Below, piece after piece: positions 10,274-23,172 of a stretch of DNA of 64,000 bases (position 1 is its first letter; each line of letters begins with the position of its first letter). The notes beneath the pieces were generated by a model. The model had not been told where the DNA came from. It did not search any database and saw only the letters and a program-made list of their open reading frames with translations. Source of the DNA: Selaginella moellendorffii (taxonomy: Eukaryota > Plantae > Lycopodiophyta). The stretch is taken from assembly GCF_000143415.4 (NCBI RefSeq), contig NW_003314261.1, forward strand, positions 6,852,817-6,916,816. Reading direction: 5' to 3'. The translations under genes were made by a program, and so were the position numbers.

Positions 10274-11902
10274 TCAGTGAGGCTTTGGCTTCTTGAGTAA
10301 AACTGTGGGTGAAGATCGCAGAGCTCGCGCTCGCTGCTCTTGGATGAGCTGCTCGGCAAACCAATCCAGCCGCTCGGCATTGGTTTGCTGCAAAGCTCTC
10401 ATCCCTCCAAATCCCATATGCTCCATCGCCTTTTGCTCGAGAAGCTCATCCGCCACGGAAGCCAATCTTTTGATATTACTATCGCTTGGATCGTCGGATT
10501 CGGCTGGATACCCCGAGGCCGGCATCACAGTCTGCGAGGAGATAGAAAACAAAAAAGATAGAAGTTTAGCGATGATTGCTCGTGCCCAGAAGGAAAACAA
10601 AGAAAAAACCCGGCTTTTGGAGCTACTTACTTGGAGACGAAGGTAGTTTTCTCGACCAGCCGAGGACGCGTACGCCATGGCCAGCATTTGATCCACCATG
10701 TCCGACACGTTGTCCAAAACTATCTCCGCCGCCGGCCTGGCCCATTGGCACGGCCCCCAGTCGGCCACTCCCTTGTCGTACCGCCGCTCAAACACACCGC
10801 TGCCCAGTGACAGTAGCAGCACGTCGCCGGCGTCACGTACCGCGGGAAACTCCTCGCCGTTGTGGAGGACGTGCGTCATGGCCGCCGCTGCCGGGTTGTT
10901 CATTACCATGCCAGCGTCCACCGCGGTACAGCGCGTCGTGCCGTCGACCGACGCCACGGCCGCCGGAGGAAAGAGACCCGGCGTCGCGGATGCCGCGCGG
11001 CACACGTCCGAGAGCCGGAAGTCCCATGCCGCGGACTCTAGCGCTCCCGCGCGGGAGAAGAGGAAGGGAGCTGACGTGGCCAGGTCGTAGCACGGGACTA
11101 GTACGGGCTTGAGCGTGTCGCGCAGTGTACGGTCGCCCAACATGTCGCGCAGCACGGCATCGAGGCCGTCGGTGGAGAACTTGGGACCCGTGCAGCCGGC
11201 GGTACCGCGCGGTGTCGCCCCAGGGACGGTGCCCGTCGCCGCCGCCGCCGGGTTCTTCTTCCTCCTGGAGAAGAGCTTCCGGAGGAATCCCCTCTTGGGA
11301 GCCGGATGCGACGATGCCGGCGCCTTGAGCTCCTCGATCCGGCGCTTGAAAATGGATCTCCCCTTGTGCGCGATGATGCTCCAGGCCTCCTCGGCGGAGA
11401 AGAGCGGGCGATTGGAATCGCTGCCCCCTTTGCCGGTGAAGAGCATCGTCCCAATCATCCCGCCCACATTGGATCCCGCCACGATGTCGAAGAAATCCAC
11501 GATTCGCGCCGAGGAATCGCCCGTCTTGAGCTGCAGGAGGCGCTCCAGATGCGCGAGGAGCTTGGCGGGGATGATCCCGCGCATCCCCCCGCCATCGATG
11601 CTAAGCACACAGACCTTGCCGCGCTGGTGCTGCTGGAGGTGGTGGTGATTCTTCTTGGTGGCGCTGCCGATGGAGTGGTGCTCCTGGTCGAGCCAGCCAT
11701 TGATGATGCGAGGAATGTAGATGGTGGCGCCGCCATTCTCAAAGTACTCGGTGATGAGTGCCTCCTGCCATCCATTCTCGAGCTTCTTCACGGGGCTGCC
11801 ACCGCTTGGGTGGTGGTGATTCTTGTCGATCATGCCATTCTTCGCAAGAACAATCTGGTGGTACTGCTCATGATGCGTAGCCATGGTCGCCGCCATCGCC
11901 AT
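10274..11902 (-). CDS. Patatin-related phospholipase, pPLAIII subgroup
   Basis: VLSIDGGGMRG, non-canonical esterase box GSNVGG, CRAASATP, VDAGMVMNNP; one intron about 10630-10532. First ATG at 11902. Confidence 0.9.
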   Translation of the reverse strand: MAMAATMATHHEQYHQIVLAKNGMIDKNHHHPSGGSPVKKLENGWQEALITEYFENGGATIYIPRIINGWLDQEHHSIGSATKKNHHHLQQHQRGKVCVLSIDGGGMRGIIPAKLLAHLERLLQLKTGDSSARIVDFFDIVAGSNVGGMIGTMLFTGKGGSDSNRPLFSAEEAWSIIAHKGRSIFKRRIEELKAPASSHPAPKRGFLRKLFSRRKKNPAAAATGTVPGATPRGTAGCTGPKFSTDGLDAVLRDMLGDRTLRDTLKPVLVPCYDLATSAPFLFSRAGALESAAWDFRLSDVCRAASATPGLFPPAAVASVDGTTRCTAVDAGMVMNNPAAAAMTHVLHNGEEFPAVRDAGDVLLLSLGSGVFERRYDKGVADWGPCQWARPAAEIVLDNVSDMVDQMLAMAYASSAGRENYLRLQVSSSKSRVFSLFSFWARAIIAKLLSFLFSISSQTVMPASGYPAESDDPSDSNIKRLASVADELLEQKAMEHMGFGGMRALQQTNAERLDWFAEQLIQEQRARALRSSPTVLLKKPKPH

Positions 11903-14900
11903 ATCTTCGAAGAGTCCCAAAGAGATGGAGGGAAGATCTATATCTAGCAGAGGGGAGCTAAACTATCCATTCGATGGTGGAAGCCTTCAAATGAGAACTT
12001 TGGAGCGACCCATCGATCGATCAGAGGACTTGCGGGATTTGGACCAACCGATGGATCGATACGATCCTTGTGCAGCAGATCGGATGCTCGGACAAGCAAA
12101 ACGGGAACTAGGCTAAAAGCCAGACAGGGGAAACAAAGAGAGAGAAGGAGAAAAACGCGAAAACGCTCTGCATTCTGCGTTCTGCTCCTGCGCCTGCGCC
12201 TGCACCTGCATCTGCATCTGCTCCTGCGTCTGCTTTCTGCTGCGGGCGGTGAACATCACAAACTGCTCAAGATTTGTCGCGCTGCTTGCTCCGCTTTCCT
12301 TGTCAATCCCGACTCGCTCACACTCTCGCGCCCGGTTTTTATTATTCCCACGATGCGGGCTTGCGCATTACATGCCACCTCTCGCAAGCATCCAAAACCC
12401 CAAAAACAAAACCCCCCAAGGGACAAGAACAACCAACAGGAAAGCCACGAAATTTCGCTCGCAATATCAAATGCCAATCACTGTCTGCTGGTGATTTGCT
12501 GCTCCACCCCGCAAGAACAACGCAAGAGCTTCTTCGTTCTTGCCTTCGCAGGATCGGTGGTTCTTGTCGAGAGAGAGAGAGAGAGATATCGACCGCAAAA
12601 GCCCCAACAGAGCAACACACCCACACTTTCCTTGCTACTGCGATTCTGCGAAACAAATAATGCCGATGATTCGCTGAGTCTCTCTCGGGATCTCTTTTTC
12701 CAAGCGCACACACACAAGGAACAGCCAACAAAACAATCTATCGCTCGCAACAAATCAATCCATCGCTCTTCTTAAATGCCTCCCAGTCTAAACCATACCC
12801 CTGAATATGCCCATTCCGGGCATATTCCCGCGCGAATACAGCATAAATGCCCATCGTGGTGAAAATACATGTGAGAGCGTTTAACCCCGCGCGTAATGAG
12901 CGCCAGCCAGCTATTCATTATTTTTACAAATTACACCTGATTCTTCTTCCAAGTTTCATGGCAGTAATTTTCACCTCTCGTAAAAATCTCGCACTTGCCA
13001 CTGACATTGACAGTGATCCGAAATGTCTTGGGTGTTTGGGAGGGAATGAAAACGGCATCTGGAGATTCCTTTGAGTTGACCAACATATATCGATCAAAAT
13101 CAGCTTGTCAACACCTCTCACATGATCCGCAAAGACCCATCAAGTAAACAAACGAGAGGAGAAGCGGGGATGAAAACAAAAGAGTTTAGCAGCTCGCAAT
13201 TGATGGATCTGTCGAGACTTTTCGAGAGTAAACACGCTGGAGTTTGTTTTTGTGGAGAAAGTGTAGTGGAAGCATCAAACACGCCGACACTTGCTCCCTC
13301 CAATTCATCCTCTTATAAACAAAAAAATCCAAAACTCTGGCAGGAATATCGTGTAAGTGCTCGAGCTTAAGTTGCATTTGGCTTTGTGTCATCTCTAAGG
13401 TTGAGATTATGCTTCAACCAAATGGAGAAGTTTCGCCATCATTTTGCCCCTTTGTGTGGGTCAGCCTGTGCTCGTAAGAGTTCGTGTCATGATTGCCACA
13501 AGAACGTATTCTCAATGCCTGGGATCGATCTTTTTATGAGCTTTTGAAGTTTTTGCTTCTAGTGGGCTGCTGTTAACATCGGACCAAGTTTCCAGACTCC
13601 ACTCAGAGAAAAGCCTGGAGATTAGTTGAGTGAAATTTACAACACAAAGAAAACTGCTTTCCTGCTGCTTCTGCTGCTGCTGATGCATGCGTTGCGTGCC
13701 AAAAAGCAATCAGATCGTCCTCACGAGCACCGAGAGGTTTTGCAATTTGCTGCTGATGCAAGAACACTCATTTGAAAAATAGAGAGCTACAAAAGTAAAA
13801 CAAACCGAAAACAAGAATAAAATATGACTTTCCCTGGCAAACAGTTCTGAAGAAAAAGACCATGGCATAAAAACACATCCCCAGACAAGTTCTCCTCTTA
13901 GATCTGGTCCAAAAATGAAAGTTAATTTCTCTCTTTCTCAAAGAAGAATGTAAACAACAACACATACATAGTCCCACCAACTTCTCTCACAACTTTTTCC
14001 AAGTTCGTGAATCATGCAACATGCGCTCCCATTGCTTGCCTCGTTGCTTCTCACATTTCCTCCTTTCGGTGCAGATTGAAGGGTATGGGGCCACCGCCCA
14101 AAGAGCTGCTGCTGTTTCTTCCCGGGCCACCACTTTTGTTTCTCTCCATTACCCTCTGCAACTTCCGATGTACCAGAAAAGTTCTTTTTCTGATTTCCAA
14201 GATCCGATCCTGTTGCATCTCGTGGCAGAAAAGGTGGTGGGCATCTTGGCTCCGTAGTTGTCGTCGCCACCCCCTCGTGCAACGAGATCAGTCTCCAGAC
14301 AGGCTCACCTGAACAAATTCTGATCATGAATGTCGAACTTATACACACATCTGCACGTTACCTTAAAAGTTGACATTCAACACTCCTTCGAAGTCAACAA
14401 AGCATCAAAAAATTTCATTCTGTGAAACATGCACCTTGACTCTTGACTCTTATCAACCATCCAAGAGTATCTTTCTCAAACCAGGAAATGAAACCAGTCT
14501 CACTCATTAATATTCTAAGGTGTAAGAAACTTTGAAAGAGTAGAATGGGTATAATAGTTTAAGTAGTAATCTGTTGTGGATTGAGATAGATGAACCACGA
14601 CTACTGCTAAGAAATTAGAAGAATAATTCTGAAAGAATTTAATTTTAGAGTTGAGCATATTTCACAGGTTTTCTAGTGTTCAATCAGTGTCTTCAATTTC
14701 TTAGCAGTTCACTTATCTCAATCAATAATTATTACATCTTAATTAATCAACTAAGATATGACTATTTAATAAAAAAACCATAAAATAAAAGAAAATTGAT
14801 TAGCAGAACTTAAACAACTTACACTATTTAAACTATCACATTTAATTCTAATTATAATTTTTAAGTAGTAATTATGGCTCATCTATCTCAATCAATAACT

Positions 14901-14979
14901 TCTAAAATGTGCCATTCAACTATTTATCAAGCTATCACTAGTAATTCTAAGAATGAAAAAAATATGAATTTCATACAAA

Positions 14980-14980
<1 letters not shown>

Positions 14981-15054
<74 letters not shown>
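14981..15054. repeat. (TA)n microsatellite
   Basis: Perfect TA run of about 74 nt. Confidence 0.95.
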
Positions 15055-15060
<6 letters not shown>

Positions 15061-15326
15061 AAAAACTTTTATTAAAAAATATAATAATATTTTAAGTAAC
15101 AAGGATTAGCATAAATTATAGTTCACTTATATCAATTAATAACTACTACTAACTAGAACTATGACTATGTATTATTCTAGCTATGAAAACGACTTCACCT
15201 TTTTGTTATTGTAAAAGATGGTTTCTGAAATAAAAATAAAAATGTTTAAAGTTCTCAAAATTTTATATATTAAAGTACTAAAATAAATTAAAATTAAATT
15301 ATATCTTCAATTATAACTAACACACA

Positions 15327-15330
<4 letters not shown>

Positions 15331-15396
<66 letters not shown>
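15331..15396. repeat. (TA)n microsatellite abutting the old Gypsy LTR
   Basis: Perfect TA run of about 66 nt. Confidence 0.95.
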
Positions 15397-15400
<4 letters not shown>

Positions 15401-17269
15401 GTATTGAGATTTTGGTAGCCGTTAGATTAGTTTTAATCTAGACCATTCATTTTCATATATAAACTAAGATTTTTGGGCTAATTGATATATACATTTTTTG
15501 TATTCCCTTTCCATATGCCATGCACTCACATTGGTGAAGGTGAAAGGCACCTTTGATTGTCCCTAAGGAGTGTTTGAATATGGGATTTTGGTTTAAATCT
15601 AACTTTTGCATTTTCTAGATTTAGTTTTTTCCATTTCCTTTCTTTTATTTATTTTTTCAAGATTTTGGTTTAGATCTAATTTTTGCATTATCTAGATCTC
15701 CCTTTCCTTTTAGCTTTTTTTTCATTTTTTTTCTTTTGTTCTTTCCTTTTCATTCATTTTTATGGTAGAGCAGCAATCTCTTCCTCCTTTGACTCTAAAG
15801 TAGCATTTGGTGCAATTTCTTGATGTTATACAATTGTAATTGAATAACCAAACTCAATTGATGGCAACATTCATAGCATATAGTATAGTTCTTCTTACTC
15901 TTGGTGCCAATCCTCACGTTTGGCTGGAGTTCTTTTGTAAGAGTTGTAGGGATGATGTGTACCATTGGTTCAATCACTTCATGCCATATATTATTTTTAG
16001 GATGATGCTCAATGTTTGCATGAGCTTCCCACGTGTCTCCAAAGGACAATGCTGTAGTGGTACAATGGTTTGAGTGCAGCCACTTATAGGGATTGAAGTG
16101 TTATCTTAGATGTCTTCAAATACACATTTGAACATGCTGACTATTGTGATGATGCCTTCCAACAATTGCATCATCCTCATTAAGGGCCATCTAAGTCAAT
16201 GATGCAATTTGACGTTCGTTTCCAAAGCTTCTTGCTTCGTGTGAAACAAAATATATTGGAGCAGATCAAGCTAGGAATGTTATGGTTAGCACTTCGTCAA
16301 AATATTGTCGGACTTGTGCATACACTTGCTTTAGCCACCCTTGACAATGCTTTTCACTTGGCACAACATTATGAGACATTGCCTCTTCCACTTCTGGTTG
16401 CATGTCCTTGAACTCCATTTCCTGTGGGCAATGGTTCTATTCCAATAAAAGTTGATGCTACTGTTGCTCCAATCTAAGGATAAGGGCGAGGACATAGTCA
16501 TGGCCGTGATGTTCGCTACTGAGCATGTGATGAAATTGATCACACTTATTAGTGTTGTTAGCATTTTCTAGATTAGTAGCCTTTATTTCTTGAGTGGAGA
16601 CCTTGGCGTTAACAACGTTCTATTGGTGTTGCTGTAGTGGAACATCTGGATACCAAGATGCATCCAAAAAATAAAGAGTCACGCAAGTAACGAAGGGACT
16701 TTGCACAAATAAGTCAATGACCCATCTATCTTTCTTTCGGGAGTATAATCAAGGGATTCACTTGGCACAAGTTAATCCAGTGTTGACTTTCCAAACTTGT
16801 TTTTATAACAAAAGGTCTTCTATTATTCTCTTTGTATTGGTTGATATAGTTTCGAGTTTATTTTCTATTGCTCAACCTGTTGCCACACGTTGCCATCAAC
16901 ACTTGTGTCATGTGGTGAAGCCAATTTTCATTCTTTATGGCAATAGCCATACACATGCATATGCATGGGATGAGGTGGATCTAGAGATGCTTATAGGTGA
17001 TTTTGAGCTTGGGTTGTAGTCATTGTAGGTGGTGCCGAGTCAAGCTTTTTATCTCATCCTTGGTATAAATTGATTGTAGTGCAATCATGCCAAATATGAC
17101 TTTAAGGTTTCTCCCTCTTGTCTTATACTTCTTTATATTTCATCCATTCCTCTCACTTTCGTACCTCTTTATCCTTTTGCTTTTACCTCTATGTAAGGAA
17201 CCGACTCCCCGAGATGTTGTAGGCTAAAGGATCCCCAAAAGCTTGACCGAAGTGACAAAGAGTTCATCG

Positions 17270-17550
17270 AATGGGACCAAGTCGAGGATCGAGTCCAAGA
17301 CCGACTCTAGGACCGAGTTCGAGATAGAGTCCGGAATCGAGTCCGAGACCGACTCGGGGACCGAGTTCGAGTCCGAGTTCGAGACCGAGTTCGAGACGGA
17401 GTCCGAGATCCGAAATCGGGTCTAAGACCGAGTCCGAGGTCGAGTCCGAGGTCGGATCCGAGATCGGGTCCGAGATCGAGTCCGTGATCGAGTCCGAACC
17501 CGAATCCGAAGTCGGATCCGAAATCGGGTCCGAGATCGAGCCAGAGACTA
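17270..17550. repeat. Degenerate hexamer array (GAGTCC/GAGACC/GAGTTC/GAGATC) in the LTR; second copy about 23655-23935
   Basis: 6-nt periodicity visible directly; CG-rich. Confidence 0.9.
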
Positions 17551-18399
17551 AGTCCAAATACTAATACGGGTCAAGGGGTGAAAGCCCAAAGCGTGCGTCT
17601 CCCAGGGGGGGGGGGGCTGCAGGGGGTTCCAAAAGTATAGTAGGGATAGTGAGGTCCAGGAACCAGTTTTGAAGGGACTCTCCAGTTGGGCTTCCAAACC
17701 GACTTGAGGTTGGGACTGGGACCGAGGGGCCTTGGGTGGGAGTGAGCATGGACTTGGTTGGTGCCGGAGGGGCCATCCAAGGAAGTGCTCAAGAGCAGCT
17801 CCCACTCCCGAAAGGGAAACCGATTGCGGTGCTCCCGGCTCATGTGGAGTGGTGCCCCACTTGAGTACCATGCGGCTCATTGGTCCTCGCCCTTCCTAGG
17901 GGCTTGGGCCTTCCTTCGGGATGGAAGTGGGGGGCGAGAGGTACCCATACCGGGCCGCTAGGCCACGGTGTTTCGCCCCGGCGTCCCGAAGCAAGTGTTG
18001 CACTCAAGACTTGGGATTTAGAGGGTCCCATGATCAAGTCTTGTGGTACCAAGGGATGTTAGGAACCTGGAAGCTTGGTGTGCTTGGCTGCTTGTGCTTG
18101 CGGGGAGTGTAGCCGAACCTTAAGTCTAGTCTAACCTGGGGAGGGGGATTGGGAGTGATTTGGGAATCCATGGAAGGATGGCTAACACTCCGTTGCTCGT
18201 GCAGTGAGTAGCTGAAACCAAGTAGGAGCTGGTACCATAGGCGAGAACCTTGGCGAGTGAACTTAGCAAAAGCCAAGGCAGTGTTGGACGGATAGGCGAG
18301 GTAAGCTGGCAAAGTGGAAAGGAAAAATTTGTGGCTTACAATTTGGTATCGGAGCCTTCTCCTCAGTTCTAGCGAAGGATAGAGGCGGATTGCTGGGAG

Positions 18400-21300
18400 A
18401 TGGCAAGGGCAGGGCGTAAGCGAACCCAGGCGGAGACAGAACCTCCGCCAGAGCTGGAGCCTCCGGTCGAACAAGAGGCTATGGATGAGGAATCCTTGCA
18501 TGAGGAGGACTCTAGTGAGGAAACTTCCAAACAGGAGTCCGGTGGCGAGGTTCGGTCGTCCAAGGCTCGATTGGACGTTCTAGAAGGTCAATTGGCGCAG
18601 ACCAATGCCCTGCTGGAGACTCTCGTACACAAGCTAAAGCGTGACGAGAAACGGAAGAAAAGGCGAAAGACTGCGGATGCTGGCAGCGCAGAAGGTGCGG
18701 ACCCTTCGGCAGGGACTGAGGCAAAACCAGACAAGGTCGAACAGACCGAAGTGGAATCAGTCCCTCAGGCAGTTCCCAAGTACAAACCAAAGCCCCCACC
18801 GGTGTTCAAGGGAGTGAACGACTATAAGGTTGTGGAGGATTGGTTTTACGATATGGAGGACTACTTCCGAGCGTTACGATTACCGAGCTCGGAGAAGGTC
18901 CCATGTGCAAAACCATACTTGGCAGATAATGCCAAGTCTTGGTGGAGAACAACGGAGGCCAACGAAGGACCGGTGGCCACCTGGGACATGATGAAGGCGA
19001 GGATCCGCGCGACATACGTTCCTCCGAATGCCACTCTGCATCTGAGAGATGAGCTGAGTAGGCTGAAGCAGACTGGAACCATCCAGGAATATGTGAATGG
19101 GTTCATGGCAAAGAGGATACTTGTCACGGACATGGGGGATATGGATGCGTTCCATGCCTTTATATCAGGTTTGCAAACCTGGGCTCGCGGTGAGGTGATG
19201 CGCTGGAACCCGACCAACTACAAGGAAGCGTTGGATGCGGCCATCAAGGTGCATTTCAACGATAACCTGCGAAAGGGGAACACGACGGGGTCGGGATCCA
19301 CATTTCACAAAGGGGCCAAACCGAGGGGAACATATAGCAGGGGGAAATTCAAGAAGAGTTTCTCTAAGAATGAGTCCTCGGGATTTCGGAAAGGCAAATC
19401 CGGTGGCCAGCGAGCAAGTACGTGGGGGAGTCAAGCGAAAAGAGACAAACCCACGGATAAGAAGGTCAAGTCATATAGCAGCGTGGGAAACAACGTATGC
19501 TATAACTGCGGTGAAGCGGGACACTTTTCGAGGGAATGTCCCTACCCGAAGAAGGCCAGAGCCAATATGGCCATCAAGTCGGGCGAAGTCCAAAATGAGG
19601 TATGTGATCCAGTCCCTAACTCAAAGTTACTCATTACACGAGCAACTTTGGTAGAGAGTCGTTCGCGACATCTACTAGCCCTCCGAGGGAAGCTCGGAGG
19701 TAGCTTTGTTAAGATCCTTATTGACACGGGTGCTTCGGATAATTTTGTGGCTGCAGACATAGTCCGGCAAGCCGGACTAACGGTGCAGCGGCTAGGCGAA
19801 CCAAGGACTATAGAGTTTGTTCAAGGTAGCCAAAGTACCGATGAGGTACTTCGACAAGCGAAAGTCGAAGTAGGGACATGGAAGGTAGACATGGATTTCA
19901 CCGTGTTGGACATGGCGGGATTTGACGTGATCTTCGGAATGGATTGGTTCAATCGGTTCGTGGTAGCCCTACATGGACAAGGTAGGAACCTTGTGGTACT
20001 GGCGAATGCCCAAGGAAGAAGATCTAGGGTGGAAGCCCAGGATCTAAAGGTAGGGCAAAGCAAGGCCAAAGAATCCTGCTTAAACCTGGTGTCCACGAGA
20101 GGACAACTCACTAAAGGAACTAAGGCAGCCTTTTTGTGCTTACTCTCGGTGAAGAGTGACAAAAAGACAAGAACGGAAGAAGTGCCTTTAGTGATCCAGC
20201 GGGTGTTGGACCAATTCCAGGATACCATGCCGGAGGAGCTACCGGCGGGGCTGCCCCCAGCACGACCGATAGAACATAAGATTGAGCTGGTCGAGGGTGC
20301 TGAGGCAGTGGTTCGTCCCCCTTATCGTTTGAACGAAAAAGAACTCAAGGAGCTCAAGTGCCAACTAGAGGAGTTGGTGGACAAAGGGTATGTTAGGTTG
20401 AGCAAGTCGCCGTATGGGGCGCCGGTGTTATTTGTGAAAAAGAAAGATGGATCTATGCGCATGTGCATAGATTACCGCTTGCTCAACAAGTATACAAAGA
20501 AGAACAAGTACCCTTTGCCAAGGATTGAGGACCTGTTCGATAGGTTGGGAAAGGCAAAATATTTCTCGAGGATTGACCTAAGGTCAGGATACTACCAGAT
20601 CAGGGTAGCCGAGGAAGATGTCGAGAAGACAACCTGTCGAACGAGGTATGGGAGCTTTGAGTTTCTGGTGATGCCCTTCGGGCTATGTAATGCGCCGGCA
20701 ACGTTTTCGGCGCTAATGAACCACGTCTTTGTACCCTATCTGGATCACTTCGTGGTCGTCTATATCGACGACATCCTGATCTATAGCGAGACGCTAGAAG
20801 AGCATGCCGAACACTTGGCGAAGGTGTTTGAGAAACTAAGGGAACACAAGCTGTATGCTAAAGAGAGCAAATGTGACTTTGCTCAACAAGAGGTAAAGTT
20901 TCTCGGGCATGTGGTGGGCCAGGACGGGCTCAAGGTGGACTTGGAGAAGGTCCAAGCGATCCAGGAATGGGAGCGACCATCGAATGTACATGAGTTGAGG
21001 GCGTTCCTGGGGCTATGCAACTACTATCGAAAGTTTATCAGACACTATTCGAGAGTAGCCCTGCCCTTAACGGACCAAACAGGAAAAGGGAAGATGGTAT
21101 GGACAGCAGAATGCGAGGCGGCATTCGTCCACCTCAAAGGGAAGTTGAGGAAGGCTCCCGTATTGGCATTGCCAGACTTTGGTAAGGACTTTGAGGTAGA
21201 AACGGATGCTTCGGACTTTGCGTTGGGCGCAGTTCTGAAGCAAGACAACCATCCGGTAGCGTTCTTCTCGAAGAAGCTGGACAAGGCTCAACGGAAGTGG

Positions 21301-23172
21301 CCTGCCCATGAGAAGGAATTGTTTGCGGTGGTCAAGGCACTCAAGGAGTGGCGACACTACCTTGGGAGACACTTCAAGGTTTACACGGACAATGTGGCAA
21401 CGAAACACTTCTTGTCACAGCCCGACCTAAGAGGGAAACAAGGTCGGTGGGCCAATGCCTTGGCCGAGTTTGATTGCGAAATTCTGTACAAGCCTGGGAA
21501 GAGCAACATCGTGGCGGATGCGCTAAGTCGAAAAGCGAGCTTGAAGTTGGCAATATCCAGCGCAACAGCAACCTTCTGGGACGATGTGCGGACAGCATAT
21601 GAGAACGATGGTCTAGCACAAGAAGTGTTGCTGAGGAATCTAGAGGCGCGGGAAGCTCACCAGAGAGGTGAGCTGCCAACGGAAGAGAAAACGGGCTATG
21701 CGGAACACAACGGACTCATTTATTACAAGCAAACGAGGGTGTATGTTCCAGAAGGGGAACTAAGGAAGGTGGCCTTAGAAGAGTGTCATGACGGACCTCT
21801 TGCGGGACACGGCGGAGTGCCCAAGACAATGGGCTTACTCAAGAGGAAGTACCATTGGCCAGATATGGCTAAGGACGTCCAAGACTATGTAAAGACATGT
21901 CCAACATGTCAGTAGGTCAAAGCCGTGACTAAGGCTAGTGGGGGCTTGTTGCAAAGCATCCCAATTCCAGATCGCCCGTGGAAATGTCTTACGATGGACT
22001 TCATCACGGGACTACCCCCAAGCGAGGGGTTCGATGCGATATTCGTGGTGGTGGACCGATTTTCAAAGATGGCACATTTCATACCCACCACAACGGACGT
22101 GGATGCGGAAGGTGTGGCGAAGCTGTTCTTTGAACAAGTGGTTCGAGTGCGGGGAAGGCCGGAAGAGATTATCTCAGATCGAGATAAGATCTTCACTAGT
22201 AGGTTCTAGAGGACACTCCTAGAACAGTATCGCACCAAATTGAAATTCAGCACAGCCTATCACCCACAGACAGGTAATGGGTATTAAGTCAAGATTGATG
22301 GCACTAACACTTCTTGACAGACTGACAAACGGAAAGGGTGAATAGGCAGCTGGAGGATTATTTGCGATGCTATGTCTCGGGAGACCAGACCGACTGGGTA
22401 AGTCATTTGGGACTTGCGGAAATGTGTTATAACAACTCACCACACTCAAGCATCGGGGTGAGTCCATGGGAAGTCATCAATGGGCGAGCTATTGAAGGTC
22501 CTGTGGAACTCGGCGTGGCCGAGTATCATGGAGAGTTACCCGCAGTGGAGGCATTCACGGCGGAAAGACTTAACATTTGGAATCTAGTGAGGGATTCCTT
22601 GGAACGGGCTCAACAAAGGCAAACTAAGTACGCGAACCAAAAGCGTCGGGATGTGGAGTTCCAAGCTGGGGAGAAGGTGTGGCTGAACACCAAGAACCTC
22701 AGACTACCAAGCTGGATCAGCCGAAAGTTGACCCAAAGGTAAAGACGCATGTATTCCTGTAAATGAATTGATCTTGAGTTCCTTAAGCAGGTTCGCGGGG
22801 CCTTATGAAATTGAGGCACGAATCGGTAAAGTGGCTTACCGACTCCGACTTCCTCGAGAGATGGGGAAGATGCACCCAGTGTTCCACGTGAACTTACTCA
22901 AGCCGTACTTTGAGGATCCGCTTCGCAAGGACCAAGTGAGACCTTTACCTGAGGTTATCCAAGGGGAAGAGGAATATGAAGTCGAGGCCATCCTCAATGC
23001 GCGCAAGAGCAAGCGACAAGGACGCGAGGTGAGAGAGTTCCATGTGAAGTGGAAAGGATTTCCACACTGCGAAGCAACATGGGAACCGGAGGAGAACCTA
23101 GCGAACGCACAAGATCTAGTGGAGGAATTTCTGCAAGGCAGAACTTTATGTACTTATGCAAAATTCAATTAA
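18400..23172 (+). pseudogene. gag-pol polyprotein (Gag-PR-RT-RNase H-integrase-chromodomain); integrase interrupted by intron-like inserts and three stops
   Basis: Zn knuckle [30 protein letters not shown], RNase H, integrase HHCC and core, GPY motif, chromodomain EEYEVEAIL...VKWKGF...TWEPEENL. Stops at 21913, 22207 and 22323. Confidence 0.93.

Noticed and set aside
12068-14348. Several 60-235 aa ORFs upstream of the patatin gene
   Set aside because: Low-complexity or microsatellite-driven, with no recognisable motifs; no convincing miRNA hairpin seen.
17243-17557. ORFs with ESETDSG / SDPISD repeats (also 23627-23941)
   Set aside because: By-products of the hexamer array in the LTR.
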